64,000 bases of DNA from an uncultured virus (IMG/VR IMGVR_UViG_3300022858_001422) (lineage: Duplodnaviria > Heunggongvirae > Uroviricota > Caudoviricetes), in the IMG/VR virus record IMGVR_UViG_3300022858_001422; one strand, given 5' to 3'. The position numbers were made by a program, and so were the translations under genes. Position 1 is the stretch's first letter; every line of letters starts with the position of its first letter. A model generated the notes under the pieces. That model searched no databases and was not told where the DNA came from. It saw nothing but the letters and a program-made list of their open reading frames with translations. This document shows, piece by piece, positions 43,902 through 55,181 of this stretch.

Positions 43902-46900
43902 TTATGCTGTTTTTCTACTGTCCCAATAACGATTCCTAGAATTTTGTCTCTCTACGAGAAGTTCAGAAACCTTTTTTGTAAGTTTTTCATTTTCCTCAAG
44001 ATAATCCTGATTCATGTCTGCTACAATCTCATCTTTATATTCTTCAAATATTCGTCTACGAATTTTATCATAATCATATTTTGATTGCAGCTTACGATTA
44101 TTATAATTGCATAATCCATCAACAATTGTTTGACGAAAATTTTCCCAAGCATCTCCTTCAATCCAGTCAATTAGATTACTATAAAAATCATTTAGAACTT
44201 CATTTGTTGCTCCGTCGATCTTTCTTTTAATTTCAAAACCATAATCTTCTAGGCGTTCAACCATTTGTTCTTGTGCTTCTTCTGGTAAATCTGGGTAAAG
44301 CGGAAATCTCTCACTCATTTTTAGTCTCCTTATATTCTGGAACTAAAGCCCAAGCTAAAATATCCTGATCATCTTCCCAATAAAAAACACCGTTTGACAA
44401 TTGAAAACTACCGTTCGTTTGTCCTAGATATACACTTGGAAGAAAATAGTTTCCTTGCCTTTCTGCAAAACCTCTATCGTCCTTTTTTGACTTCACAACG
44501 ACAAAGACATTAACATAAACTTCACCTTTTGGTACAGGCGGAAGACCCTCTTCAATTTGAGTCCATTCAAAATTCATTTTTTATTCCTTAATTTTATAAC
44601 CTAAATAATCCAAATATGATTCCAGTTTCAGAAGAAATAATCAGAATGGGATAATCGCAATGATATTTGAGCAATGATTTAAGAGCATCTACAACTACAC
44701 TATTTGAAATAACTTTGTAACCATGAAAAACTCTTTTATTGTTAAATAAAGATTCAGCTATTTTTTTATCACAAAATATTTTAACTGGTTTTTCATTGTT
44801 TAATTTTTCAACAAGTTTTGCCAATAAAACACCAGATTCATTACGCCATCCATCATATGACAAATAAGTATAATCCTGAATTACCTGTCTTGTCTCCCAC
44901 AATCTTCTTTCTTCCGTAGTCATTTTTATATAATTATCTATTTCTTTTATGTAAAATTTACTCATTTTTACTTCTTTATAATATCCCAATCCTTTTGCCT
45001 CTTTCAAAGTTAACTTTCTCAATATTCTCCATTGATTACCATATCCTGTGGTTTTCAATTCTTGAAACCCGTACTTTCTTCCATTTTCTACATAAGTGTA
45101 TTCTTTAGTATAGAACTCTGGGTTTCCAACACGTTCATCTACCCAATATCTTTCTATTTTTTGACCCGATGGAATAGCATTTCGTCTTGCTTTTTCTAAT
45201 TCAAAATTCATTGTTTCTCCTTAATTATATCATAAAATTGATGTTTTATGTTGTTTTTTTTATCAAACCAATTATACTGGTGGTTCTGGAGCTTCTTCGT
45301 TTGGATAATAATATCCAACAAGCATTACGTATGTGGGCTGGTTAGAAGAATCCCATTCATTAGAGCGAAATCCGAGAGGATAACTAAGATATGAATCGCC
45401 TCCCTGCATCCATGCTATAGGATCATTTCCTGGACTCCACCCCCACACATTATCCATATAATGATATTCTTCAAGTCCTTCTTTGGCTAAAATCCATCCG
45501 TTCATAATTTTTCCTTTACTTAATACTTCTCTTGCAATACTTCCTTCGTCGTAAGTAATTCCAAACACAGAATTATTCGTATATGGAATCCCATCTTCAT
45601 TATAATGATTTTTGTCTGCGTACCATTCAAGAACTTTTACGAGATTCATAAATTTGTCAAGGATTTCAATTTCTTTATTATCAGCATTTTTCTCAATCAT
45701 CATATAGTTATCACCATCAACAGATTCAAGAACTTCTGTATGAACTAAATCGTTCTCATATTCTCGTAATAACTTCAGATCTTCCTTAATATTCATTTTT
45801 TATTTTTCCTTATAAAATAGTAATTTTATGTTGTTTTTATTGGTTTCCATCGTTTAATATTTTTTGTTTTTATTGATTTTCCATTATTATCATAAAATAT
45901 ATCCACTTCAAGAACATAAACTCCTTTAACTATTTTTTTATCAGTTGTCTCAATAATTATATTTGCATATACAAAACCATTTTCATAAATCAGGAAGTCA
46001 AGCGGTTTTTTAGGAAATTCAAACCATTTGTTGTTCAAAGAATATGAACTAAGATTCATTTTCAATCCTAGCGAAAGAAAATATCATCATTTCTTCTATA
46101 GACTCAAAATTACAAATCCCCATAGCTTCTAATTTTCCAAGCCACCTTTCTTCATAATCACTCAATTTATTTTCATGATGTATTTTCGTCTCTGCAATCC
46201 ATTTTGTAAGCCATGGACGATTAGTTTTTTCCAATAAAATATACTCGGAAATCCATTTGTATAAATCTTTTCTAATATGATATTTTTTACTCATAATACA
46301 ATCTCCTTTTATAATAAAATCGCTATTTTATGTGTTTTTCAAAATATTCAAAATCTCAAAAAATTAAACCTAATCAATCATTAGTTAAAACGACCCTAAA
46401 AATCGCATAAAATCACCATTTTATGAGATTTTGATTTTAATCCCATAAATCAACAAAATACTTTCTAAATAGGTCAAAAGCGTGATTAAATTTGATTGTT
46501 TCTTCTTTTTCTTCATCTACACCATAAATACAATCACACGCATCTTCGTAAAGAGAAAAACCTTCTGAAATTTCCTTCAAAATATTATCCCATTTTTGAA
46601 CCATCTCTTTATCTAGCATTTCATTTTCATCACCAAGTTTATAACTATCAGGATAAATAACCATTGGATGAGAAATCTTATGTTCTCTTAAATAGCCAAC
46701 AATTTCTGAGATTTGTTCTGCAAAGTAACTGTCTGCATTCCAAGATGCACGATCATCCCAGCCTCTAAAAACACGCTGCCATGCCCACTTTAGTTGTCTA
46801 CAACATTCAATAACAATTTTCCAGGGGTGAAATAAAAGGTAGTAAGAATTCCATCCTCCAAAACCATTTGGAAATATCTTATTGATAAATGTATAAAATT

Positions 46901-48052
46901 TTCGTTTAGCAAGATTTTCTTCAAATCTTTCAGAAAACGGTTTATAATCTTTTTCAGCCATTATCACTCCAATCATCAAATGAAACCCAACAGGGCTTAG
47001 TTTCACTACCCCTAAGACTGATTAGATCAATTTCTCGCAACATAAGGTCTCCATCTCTTACAGGATAGCCAGCAATATCATCTTCATTAGAATATTCGTT
47101 TGCCAATAAATAACCATTACCATCTCCCCAAAGTCTAAGAGATCCTGCATTATTATATTTATCTAAATTTTTCAGATACCATTCTTCTTCAATCTCAATA
47201 GTGATAGTTGGAAAATTATTGTCAGTCCATTTCTTTTCTGAAATTTTTGAAAGAGCCTTCATCATATCTTTAATATATTTTTCTGGAATAAAAAATACAT
47301 CACCACGTTTTGAAACAAATAACATTTTATTTTTCATCGTTCAGTTTATCCTCAATATCACTAATCATTTTATCTGTATCTGAAGGGCCATTATAATACA
47401 TGTCCATCACTTTGGCAATATCTCTAGCAATATCATCTGTTGTTGCCATTGCTATAAAGCCTTCTGTAGAATCACTCTTCATATATATAAGATTCATTTT
47501 AGATGTAAATTTTATCATAATAAAATCCTTGTTTTATGTGTTTTATTCTTGTTTATAGTTGTTCACCAGGAATTCAATCATTTTGGTGGTATTGTTTCCT
47601 TTTAGTTCATTCATAAATTCAATCATTTTCATAAATTCCCGAACACCATAAGTATTGACATCTTTCATCATCTTGTCAATTTCAACCAGATCGTCATGAA
47701 TAGGATTGAATAGTTTGCGGAATTTTTCAATTTCGGTATTCAGTTTGGGCATTTTTTCTGCCCAGTCTTCCCACATGGCATAAGACTCTTCTAGCATATC
47801 GTCTGTAACTTTCTTGAATTGTTGTTTGGCAGAAACCATAAACCCCCGATACCGAATAACTTCGTCATCCATGCATTCTACACTGGTACTAATTTCACCC
47901 ATCGCAGAATCAAAATACTTCATGATTTCTTTTTCAATAGCTGCACCATTGTCAAGTTCTTTAATTTTATTGCATAAAGACTTTGGAAGCCAAACAAGAT
48001 CTCTATCTTCAGATTTTAATTCGCTATATTTCCATTCATTTTTCTCAGTCAT
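43902..48052 (-). other. Accessory tract 2b: small hypothetical ORFs
   Basis: Short - strand ORFs separated by palindromic sites. Confidence 0.7.
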
Positions 48053-48126
48053 TTTTATCCTCTTTCATTATATTTTGTTTATAAAAAAATAAGAGACATC
48101 AAAAACAATGTCTTCAATGTCCCTTA

Positions 48127-48155
48127 ATACTACCACGTCATTATTCAATTGTCAA
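48127..48155 (-). promoter_or_regulatory. Sigma70-type promoter
   Basis: TTGACA-17 nt-TAGTAT with TG extension at the start of accessory tract 2. Confidence 0.75.
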
Positions 48156-49459
48156 GGTATATAAGGTTCTTTTATGATTTTCTCATATAACTTGATTGTT
48201 TCTGCAATGTTCGCATCAAATGTCTGAGTAAGCGCAAACTCAAATGGTTTTCCTAAAGCCTGATGCTTGTAAAAACGAATGTTGTCAATCATTTTCTGCA
48301 ACGCTTTTTCCCATTCTTCAGGAGTGTTTTGAACAAGTTCCCCCATCCCCTTGAATTTTCTATAGGTTACAAAATTAGATGCTACCCACGGAATTTTCAA
48401 AGCCATATATTCCAAAACCTTGATCCAACTTCTACGCTTATCGTATTCAGTAGCCAATGGTGCTAAACCAATGTCGTAAGACTTTAGCAAACTACCCCAT
48501 TGTTCCTCTGGAACATAACCATGAAACACTTTCTTTTCGGCTGGTAAATCAAGTGCATCAAAAATCTTGCGATCTCCTCCAATCATTACCTTTACATCGT
48601 CATTCTTTTTGCAGATATTTTCAAGAGCTTTCAAAACTCCACTACCTTCAAATGATGCAAAGTGAGAAACACTCCCTTGCCATCCGATAATGATTCCCTC
48701 ATGTGGATGCATTGGTGCTACATTAGAATATTTTTCCATTTCAAGATAGTTGTCAATATAATGAATGTTTTTATTATATCTTTTCCAATCTTTCTTGAGC
48801 ATTTGCGAAGGAACCTGGATAGCAGTTGCTAATTTCAAACCCCAAATAAATTGTGTAAGCGTTGGGATAACACTTTCAAATTTTTCTTCCGTCATAGGAA
48901 TTTTTTCTTTTAGTATCTCCATTACTTTGACAGCTAAAGGTTCTCTGTCTTCCATGGGGATATTATTCCACAAAGCATCGTTATCTCGTGGGCAACCACG
49001 AAACGCAGCTAGGATTCTGTAAGTAATGTTATCGGGAAGTCTAATCTTTTGATTATTTTTCCAGAATGAATGTGACGGATTATCCGGCAAAATAATGTCA
49101 TAAGCATCATCAAAAATTGCAATAATCTTTTTTCCACGACTTCGCCAGAATTGCATAACCGTCAAAGTGGTTTCAAAGAAGTTTCTTTCAATAACAATAA
49201 TATCTGCTGCGTTAACAATTTTTTGGATTTCTTGTGTATTCGATGAAAATTCATCTATTTTCATTACAACAGATTCACAACCTTTAAGTTTATTTACAGC
49301 TTTTGCCGGAAATATGCAGTTATGCTTAGAACAGTTCATTGATTCCGGCCTATCTGAGTAAACGTATAAAACTTTCAATTTTTTCTCCTTTAAAGATTGT
49401 AATCTTCTGGGTTTAAATTTCTTGATTTCAAAGATTGATTCTGGTGTTCGATAACCCAT
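48152..49459 (-). CDS. Glycosyltransferase (GT-B, GT4-like)
   Basis: FDD, IGWQGS, DIGLAPL, KVLEYMALKIPWVAS. Confidence 0.82.
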   Translation of the reverse strand: MGYRTPESIFEIKKFKPRRLQSLKEKKLKVLYVYSDRPESMNCSKHNCIFPAKAVNKLKGCESVVMKIDEFSSNTQEIQKIVNAADIIVIERNFFETTLTVMQFWRSRGKKIIAIFDDAYDIILPDNPSHSFWKNNQKIRLPDNITYRILAAFRGCPRDNDALWNNIPMEDREPLAVKVMEILKEKIPMTEEKFESVIPTLTQFIWGLKLATAIQVPSQMLKKDWKRYNKNIHYIDNYLEMEKYSNVAPMHPHEGIIIGWQGSVSHFASFEGSGVLKALENICKKNDDVKVMIGGDRKIFDALDLPAEKKVFHGYVPEEQWGSLLKSYDIGLAPLATEYDKRRSWIKVLEYMALKIPWVASNFVTYRKFKGMGELVQNTPEEWEKALQKMIDNIRFYKHQALGKPFEFALTQTFDANIAETIKLYEKIIKEPYIP

Positions 49460-50202
49460 GGTAAATTCTCAGCATATTTACGCCATTTTTTATATAAATA
49501 AGGTAAATGATCGCTATAACCAGTTCGACTACCGGTCATTTGTGTATTGTCTAATCTATAAGAACAAGCACAATCAATAATATCACTATCTATAAAGTCA
49601 TAATGTTGCCTCATTTCTACAGAATGCGCCCAATCTTCAGAAGTTTTTAATGATTCATCAAATAGTCCAGCTTTTTCTTGTGCTTCTCTGCTCCAAAACA
49701 AACAGTTACACGGAGAACAATTTTGAACAAGTATTAAATCTTTTATATTTTCAGAATGCCAATAAAGAGAGGATCCTACATGTTGATAACCATTATTTAT
49801 GGCTTTATAATGCATCTTTAAAGCGTGGGTATAAACGACATTTGCTGAATTTTTTTTGGCTAAAAACAATCTATATTCTAATGCGTCTCTATAGAGAATA
49901 TCATCATCATCAAGCATTACATACCAATCCCCTTTGCTTTTTGAAATTGCTATATTTCGTGTTTTTGCCAAATCATAATTTTTATCGTTTTCATAATAAC
50001 GAATTCTTTTATCGTCAAATTCTTTAACAATGCTTTCAACATTTTGACCACAATCATTTATAACTAAACATTCCCAGTTTTTATAGCCTTGATTTATCAA
50101 TGAATTTAACGTTATTTTCAACCATTCCGGTCTATTAAAAGTTGGTGTTAAAATAGAAATAAGAGGGTTGTTATATTTTTTCATAATATTATATCCTTCC
50201 AA
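49390..50202 (-). CDS. Glycosyltransferase family 2
   Basis: ISILTPTFNR, VINDC, RN.AI, LDDDD, EDW. Confidence 0.88.
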   Translation of the reverse strand: MEGYNIMKKYNNPLISILTPTFNRPEWLKITLNSLINQGYKNWECLVINDCGQNVESIVKEFDDKRIRYYENDKNYDLAKTRNIAISKSKGDWYVMLDDDDILYRDALEYRLFLAKKNSANVVYTHALKMHYKAINNGYQHVGSSLYWHSENIKDLILVQNCSPCNCLFWSREAQEKAGLFDESLKTSEDWAHSVEMRQHYDFIDSDIIDCACSYRLDNTQMTGSRTGYSDHLPYLYKKWRKYAENLPWVIEHQNQSLKSRNLNPEDYNL

Positions 50203-51236
50203 ATTTCTTCGTTTTTTATGTTATATATATTTTTAGTGCAAACATCAAATTTTTCTGCTATTTCTTTTACGGACATGCTTTCATCGAGCAGTATTTTTTT
50301 AATTTCTAACACTTTTTTTGAATTTAATTTTTTACCAATTCTTATTTCAAAATTATTGCATCCAACGTCAGACCATGATTTACCTGTCTTTATAAAGTGT
50401 AAATGTGTTGTAGAAATATTGAATTTTTGAGATATTTTTTTTATTGATAATTCTCCAAGCTTCAACAATTCTTTTATTTTTAGTATTTCCTCTTTAGAAA
50501 ACTTTGTTCCAACCGTATGAGTTTTTCTTCCATCTATATCAACTTTTTCTCCGATGTTTTTCCACATTTTATTTCTAGCAATTAAAGACACTTCACTATG
50601 TGTAATGTTGTACTTGTCAGCAATTTCTGTAAAAGTGAGATCTGTTGTTTTTAATAAATTTTTTATTCCTAAAACTTGTTTTTTAGAAAGATTTGCTTTT
50701 GTGGCAGCAACTCTATTTTCTGGAACAACAACACCATTTGTAACTTCCGCCCAACTTTTCCCTTTAATAATGTAAGATATAGTTGAACGGCCCACACTAT
50801 ACCTATCCGCTATTGCTTTAATTGTATATTTTCCCGACTCATACAAATCTTTTATCTCTAATACTTTTTCAGAATTTAATACACGTCTATTATTATTGTC
50901 GCAATTTTGTGGAGATCTTCTTTTTTTGTCAATACAGTCCTGCACATTTTCTTGTTGTGTTCCCATTTTCAAATGTTTAGGATTGCAACATGATGGATTG
51001 TCGCATATATGCATAACAACCATTCTATCTGGAATTTCGCCATAAAAAATGCAATACATTATTCTGTGAGCTTTTCTAGTGGTTTTTTTACCTTTTAAAT
51101 TAATGTATAAATTTCCATAGCCTCCTCTATCAACTGTTCCATTCCATTCCTAGCATGTATCTTCATCTTCTATATTGACATTAGACCAAAATTTTTCAAT
51201 ATCTTTTTCGTTGTAATCTTCTATTTTTAATATCAT
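50181..51236 (-). pseudogene. HNH homing endonuclease with HTH-like repeats, interrupted by an in-frame TAG
   Basis: MILK...FWSNV...TC*EWNG...AHR...MHICDNPSCCNPKHL; TAG at 51150-51152 replaces the Trp of CWEW. Confidence 0.8.
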
Positions 51237-51275
51237 TGTTTTTCCATTATAAACAAATATTTACAATACATTCTA

Positions 51276-52088
51276 TTATTCATAGATATCTACCTCTTCA
51301 TGAACTGAATGAGTTTTATATCCGATAAATTTATCGGGATTAACTCTCATTCCTTCACCATATTTAGTCAATAAAATTTCAATACTGTTTTCTTCTTTTT
51401 CACCTTGAGCATTATTATTGCCCTTACTAACTTTATTGATGGGAGCAGAAAATGCAACTGACTCCTTGTAACAAGCCATCATAGGATGTTTCTCTACAAA
51501 TGTCTTCTTAAACTGATCCATAAAAAACTCTAAAAAATTCGGATTCTGAAATGCGCAACTATCTTGAATACGATAAATTGTACTCATCTTATAGATACTA
51601 GAACTTACTTCAAGAGGATAATTCCAATCTGATTCCGCCGATGTCCAATTCCACAACATAATTTCGCCATCAACAGCGTGTGTTGGAATAGGCTGTTCTT
51701 TAGAAAGAGAATAACAATAATCTAAATTTTGTCCTAATCGTAATGAAAATCCAATAATTTCCTGATTAGACTCAAATAGATTCGTGGCATCGTTTGTATT
51801 GAAATCACCAGTAAAAATAGAATCATCTGTCAAAAACATAATATGCTCATAATCAGGAAAAATATTTCCAAGATCATATTGAAAATTATTTTCTTTAATA
51901 AAGTGAACACCTTCATTTTCTAAAGAACATTGACGATATTTATCTGCAATTTCAGCATTATCAACCTTGTATAAAACATTTACATCTAATTCGTTATAAT
52001 TTTTACAATGTAATCTCAATGACTTTAGCAACAAGTCAAGCTGCAATGGACGATTATATGAGAAAACAACAGTTACAATATCTTTCAT
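51276..52088 (-). CDS. Putative glycosyltransferase (GT-A)
   Basis: VFSYNRPLQLDLLL.S, FLTDD, FSLRLG. Confidence 0.6.
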   Translation of the reverse strand: MKDIVTVVFSYNRPLQLDLLLKSLRLHCKNYNELDVNVLYKVDNAEIADKYRQCSLENEGVHFIKENNFQYDLGNIFPDYEHIMFLTDDSIFTGDFNTNDATNLFESNQEIIGFSLRLGQNLDYCYSLSKEQPIPTHAVDGEIMLWNWTSAESDWNYPLEVSSSIYKMSTIYRIQDSCAFQNPNFLEFFMDQFKKTFVEKHPMMACYKESVAFSAPINKVSKGNNNAQGEKEENSIEILLTKYGEGMRVNPDKFIGYKTHSVHEEVDIYE

Positions 52089-52642
52089 AATTCTTTCTCC
52101 AATTCCTTGAATGATAATCCTTTTTCATCTTTTGGGGATAATATAACGTTAGAAATACTATTATAACTATATTCGTAGCCAACCCCAATATCTTTATCTT
52201 TCCAAAACAACGTTCTTTCTTGTGATTTATTATATAGCTCACTTGTTTTATAATGCACTATTGAATTTTCTTTATGAGCATAAAAGCCATGTGCAAATCC
52301 TGGAGGAATATAAATTTGATCTTTTTTATTTCCGAACAACGTTTCATAATCCCACATTTTATAGGTAGAAGACCATGGTCGTAAATCAACCACAAAATCA
52401 GTAACAATACCATGCATACACGTTACTAATTTTCCCTGTTTCTCTCCTAATTGAATGTGCAACCCTCGAAAAACACCTTTTTTAGAAATAGATATGTTAT
52501 CTTGGACAAATTCTAATCCAAATGGATAAACAATATCTGCATATTGTTCGTCAAATACCTCTGTAAAGCTACCCCTATCATCCCCAAAAACGTCTGGATG
52601 AATTATAACACAATCTCTCAAGCCTGTTTCTTGAATTTTCAT
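52085..52642 (-). CDS. rmlC: dTDP-4-dehydrorhamnose 3,5-epimerase
   Basis: DDRGSF, QDN.S.S..GVFRGLH, VDLR, GFAHGF, SPKD. Confidence 0.93.
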   Translation of the reverse strand: MKIQETGLRDCVIIHPDVFGDDRGSFTEVFDEQYADIVYPFGLEFVQDNISISKKGVFRGLHIQLGEKQGKLVTCMHGIVTDFVVDLRPWSSTYKMWDYETLFGNKKDQIYIPPGFAHGFYAHKENSIVHYKTSELYNKSQERTLFWKDKDIGVGYEYSYNSISNVILSPKDEKGLSFKELEKEL

Positions 52643-52919
52643 TCTGCCTCCATTAACGCATACATAGAATATTTTATTGTTTTTTCTAAAAATTCTTCAT
52701 CTGACATTTTTGCAAGTTTTGAAACTATAAAACTAATTGGCAAATTATCAGTAATTTTTTCTGAAACAAGTTTTGTTTTTTGATCTATTGTAGAAAAACA
52801 AAACCCAACAGCATAATTTTCAGCCATTCCTATCCTATATCCAAACAAATCATCATCAAAAATACACCCCTTTAAAAGTAAATCCATAACAAGACAAATT
52901 CTTTTTATCAATGTAATAT

Positions 52920-53570
52920 TCATTCCGTCTCCATTTTCACAAAATTTTCTTTATATCTCTGAATTGGCAAATCATAGGTTGCATTTGCCCCCTCAATATC
53001 AGATATTGAATCTCTCTGAATCGCTACCATTTCGGGAGCAACAATATAGCAATTGCTATTTGGAACAACTCTTTCAGCATAAACGACATCAATTGGTACA
53101 ACCTGATTCATTGGAAAATAAGTTGCTAATTTCTCTATAAAATTATAATTTACAAAATAAGCATGAGTTGATTGAGCATGAGTTAATCTAGCTAAATGAG
53201 GTGAAATTTGCTGAAAAGGCTTCAAAATATTTGCACCCAGGTAAAACATGTCCCAACCGCCAGGGAGTTCGTCTATTGCAGAGGGGATAATTTCACCATA
53301 ATTTCCGACAAACTCCACATCGTCTTCAAAAACTAACAGGTGTTTTTGCTCATGTTGAGCAATTTGTAAACATTTAATGTGGCTTGACATACAACCAATT
53401 ATTCCCCTTACTTGAGGCGTAAAACTTGGAATTTCAAAACGTTCTGCCGAAATTCTGTGAATAACTGGAAAAATATCTTTTATTTTTTCAAACTCAAGAA
53501 TAGCTTGTTCATTTCTGTCTGGTCTGCTGTCTAAATTGATATACATACAAATAAAATCATTTGGGTTCAT
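52920..53570 (-). CDS. Glycosyltransferase family 25-like
   Basis: YINLDSRPDR, GCMSSH, FEDD, THAY. Confidence 0.8.
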   Translation of the reverse strand: MNPNDFICMYINLDSRPDRNEQAILEFEKIKDIFPVIHRISAERFEIPSFTPQVRGIIGCMSSHIKCLQIAQHEQKHLLVFEDDVEFVGNYGEIIPSAIDELPGGWDMFYLGANILKPFQQISPHLARLTHAQSTHAYFVNYNFIEKLATYFPMNQVVPIDVVYAERVVPNSNCYIVAPEMVAIQRDSISDIEGANATYDLPIQRYKENFVKMETE

Positions 53571-54444
53571 AAATAAGATCCTTAAATTCTTCCCGATGCT
53601 CTACAAGATATTTTGGATGCGTTTCATAGGTAATTGGAACAATTTTAAATTCTCTATTTCTACCATACAAATCTTTTCCAGTAACAATTGCATTATCCAC
53701 TGATTTTTCAATATTATCTTTGAATACGTCTAAATTGAATTCTTGATGTGAAAAAGATTCCACCTTTGTTTTTATCATATCCTTATTTCCAAGATATGAA
53801 AAATGGCAACCTCCGTTTGGAATTTTTATTCCATCATGATCGTTTCTCAATGCAGAATGTGATTGGTGAATAAAGTTTTCAAACGATAATGCAACTGTGC
53901 CATAAGATTCTTCATTTACCTGCAAATTCAAATAATAATAGTACGTGTCATGATGAAAAAAATAAATTTTATCAGGATCAAAACTATCAATAACTGTTTG
54001 CAAAACTTCTGGTCTTACAATCTCATCAAGATCAGATAACAAAATCATATCGTCTGCTTTGGCTCCTAAATCAAATAATCCTCGAATTAGAGATTCTTTT
54101 TCAAAACAATCTCTGCCATAATGTTCAAGATTTTGATGCAGACGTTTTTGAGAATTCACCTTTCTTACAACCAGGTTATAAATAGCATCTTTATCAGGGT
54201 CTTCCATCAAATTCTTATAATCAGATGGTGTATCTTTGACTACCTGAACAAAAAGTTTCTTTTCTAATTCTTCACTAAACTTATGATCTTCATCTTCAGA
54301 TAAGAATAATTTTTTAGGTTTTCCAGAATGAGTAAAATCACTTTCTGAAATTAAGAAAATATCCACCACATCTTTCAATGATTCTATTTTGATTTCAAGT
54401 AAATCAAATTCTGAATAAAACATGCTGCAACTAAAAACTTTCAT
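53557..54444 (-). CDS. Glycosyltransferase family 17-like
   Basis: E.DLLEI, ES.FTHSGKPK, SDLDEI, HFSY, K.ESFSH; likely start MKVFSC. Confidence 0.78.
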   Translation of the reverse strand: MKVFSCSMFYSEFDLLEIKIESLKDVVDIFLISESDFTHSGKPKKLFLSEDEDHKFSEELEKKLFVQVVKDTPSDYKNLMEDPDKDAIYNLVVRKVNSQKRLHQNLEHYGRDCFEKESLIRGLFDLGAKADDMILLSDLDEIVRPEVLQTVIDSFDPDKIYFFHHDTYYYYLNLQVNEESYGTVALSFENFIHQSHSALRNDHDGIKIPNGGCHFSYLGNKDMIKTKVESFSHQEFNLDVFKDNIEKSVDNAIVTGKDLYGRNREFKIVPITYETHPKYLVEHREEFKDLIYEPK

Positions 54445-55181
54445 TGAACCTCCTCTAAAATTTTCACCCAATTTACAAAAGGTGGCATTTCTAACCCCAC
54501 ATGAGCGCTTCTTCCTGGAATAGAATTTACTAAAAGACGATTCTTTTTCCATAAACTGTCAAACATAAGAAAATCCATTGGATGAGGAAATTGTTCTGAA
54601 CAGAAGTGCATTATAATATCGTAATCTTCTTTTAAAACTTTGATCATTGTTGCAAACGTATTGGTTGTTGCACTCGTATATTTCCAGTGTGAATTTCTCG
54701 ACACAATAACTTTAGAAGTTTCACCCCCATCAACAATGAACGGATTGTATCCCCCATCACTTTTATTTTTATACTTATCAAGAGAATCATAGAGGGTAGC
54801 ATAACCACCAAAAGCTACGCCTTCTAATATCAACATCTTGGAATCAAGACAGTGAATATAATCATCTTCTACAAAATAAACTACATCATTGTCAGAATTA
54901 GAGTCTTTTATCGCTAAATCAATCATAGTTCTGAAAGAACCACTATCACCCAATGCAGTTGGAACAACTCTAAGACCTAAAGATATAAATCGATCAATTG
55001 TTTCCTGCTTGCAATTATCTGCCATGATTGTGATATTTTCGCCCTCAAAAACTTTCATAAAGTTTCTAAAGATTTTTTCTTTGGTAATATCCTTGTAAAT
55101 TGTTTGAGACAAATCTGCCGTCCCACCTAGACGATGGGAAGCATCACTATATCTTAAGTAAATCCTAAAATTGTTATCCAT
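54441..55181 (-). CDS. Putative glycosyltransferase (GT-A)
   Basis: ADNC, YFVEDDYIH; locus context. Confidence 0.6.
   Translation of the reverse strand: MDNNFRIYLRYSDASHRLGGTADLSQTIYKDITKEKIFRNFMKVFEGENITIMADNCKQETIDRFISLGLRVVPTALGDSGSFRTMIDLAIKDSNSDNDVVYFVEDDYIHCLDSKMLILEGVAFGGYATLYDSLDKYKNKSDGGYNPFIVDGGETSKVIVSRNSHWKYTSATTNTFATMIKVLKEDYDIIMHFCSEQFPHPMDFLMFDSLWKKNRLLVNSIPGRSAHVGLEMPPFVNWVKILEEVQ

Noticed and set aside
2477..47538. Palindromic sites as a CRISPR array or as intrinsic terminators
   Set aside because: They are separated by whole genes at irregular distances, and their A/T-only stems with variable loops lack the GC stem of terminators.
51150..51152. TAG recoding (alternative genetic code)
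   Set aside because: Only one in-frame TAG, at a Trp position; long genes are intact in the standard code and several end in TAG.
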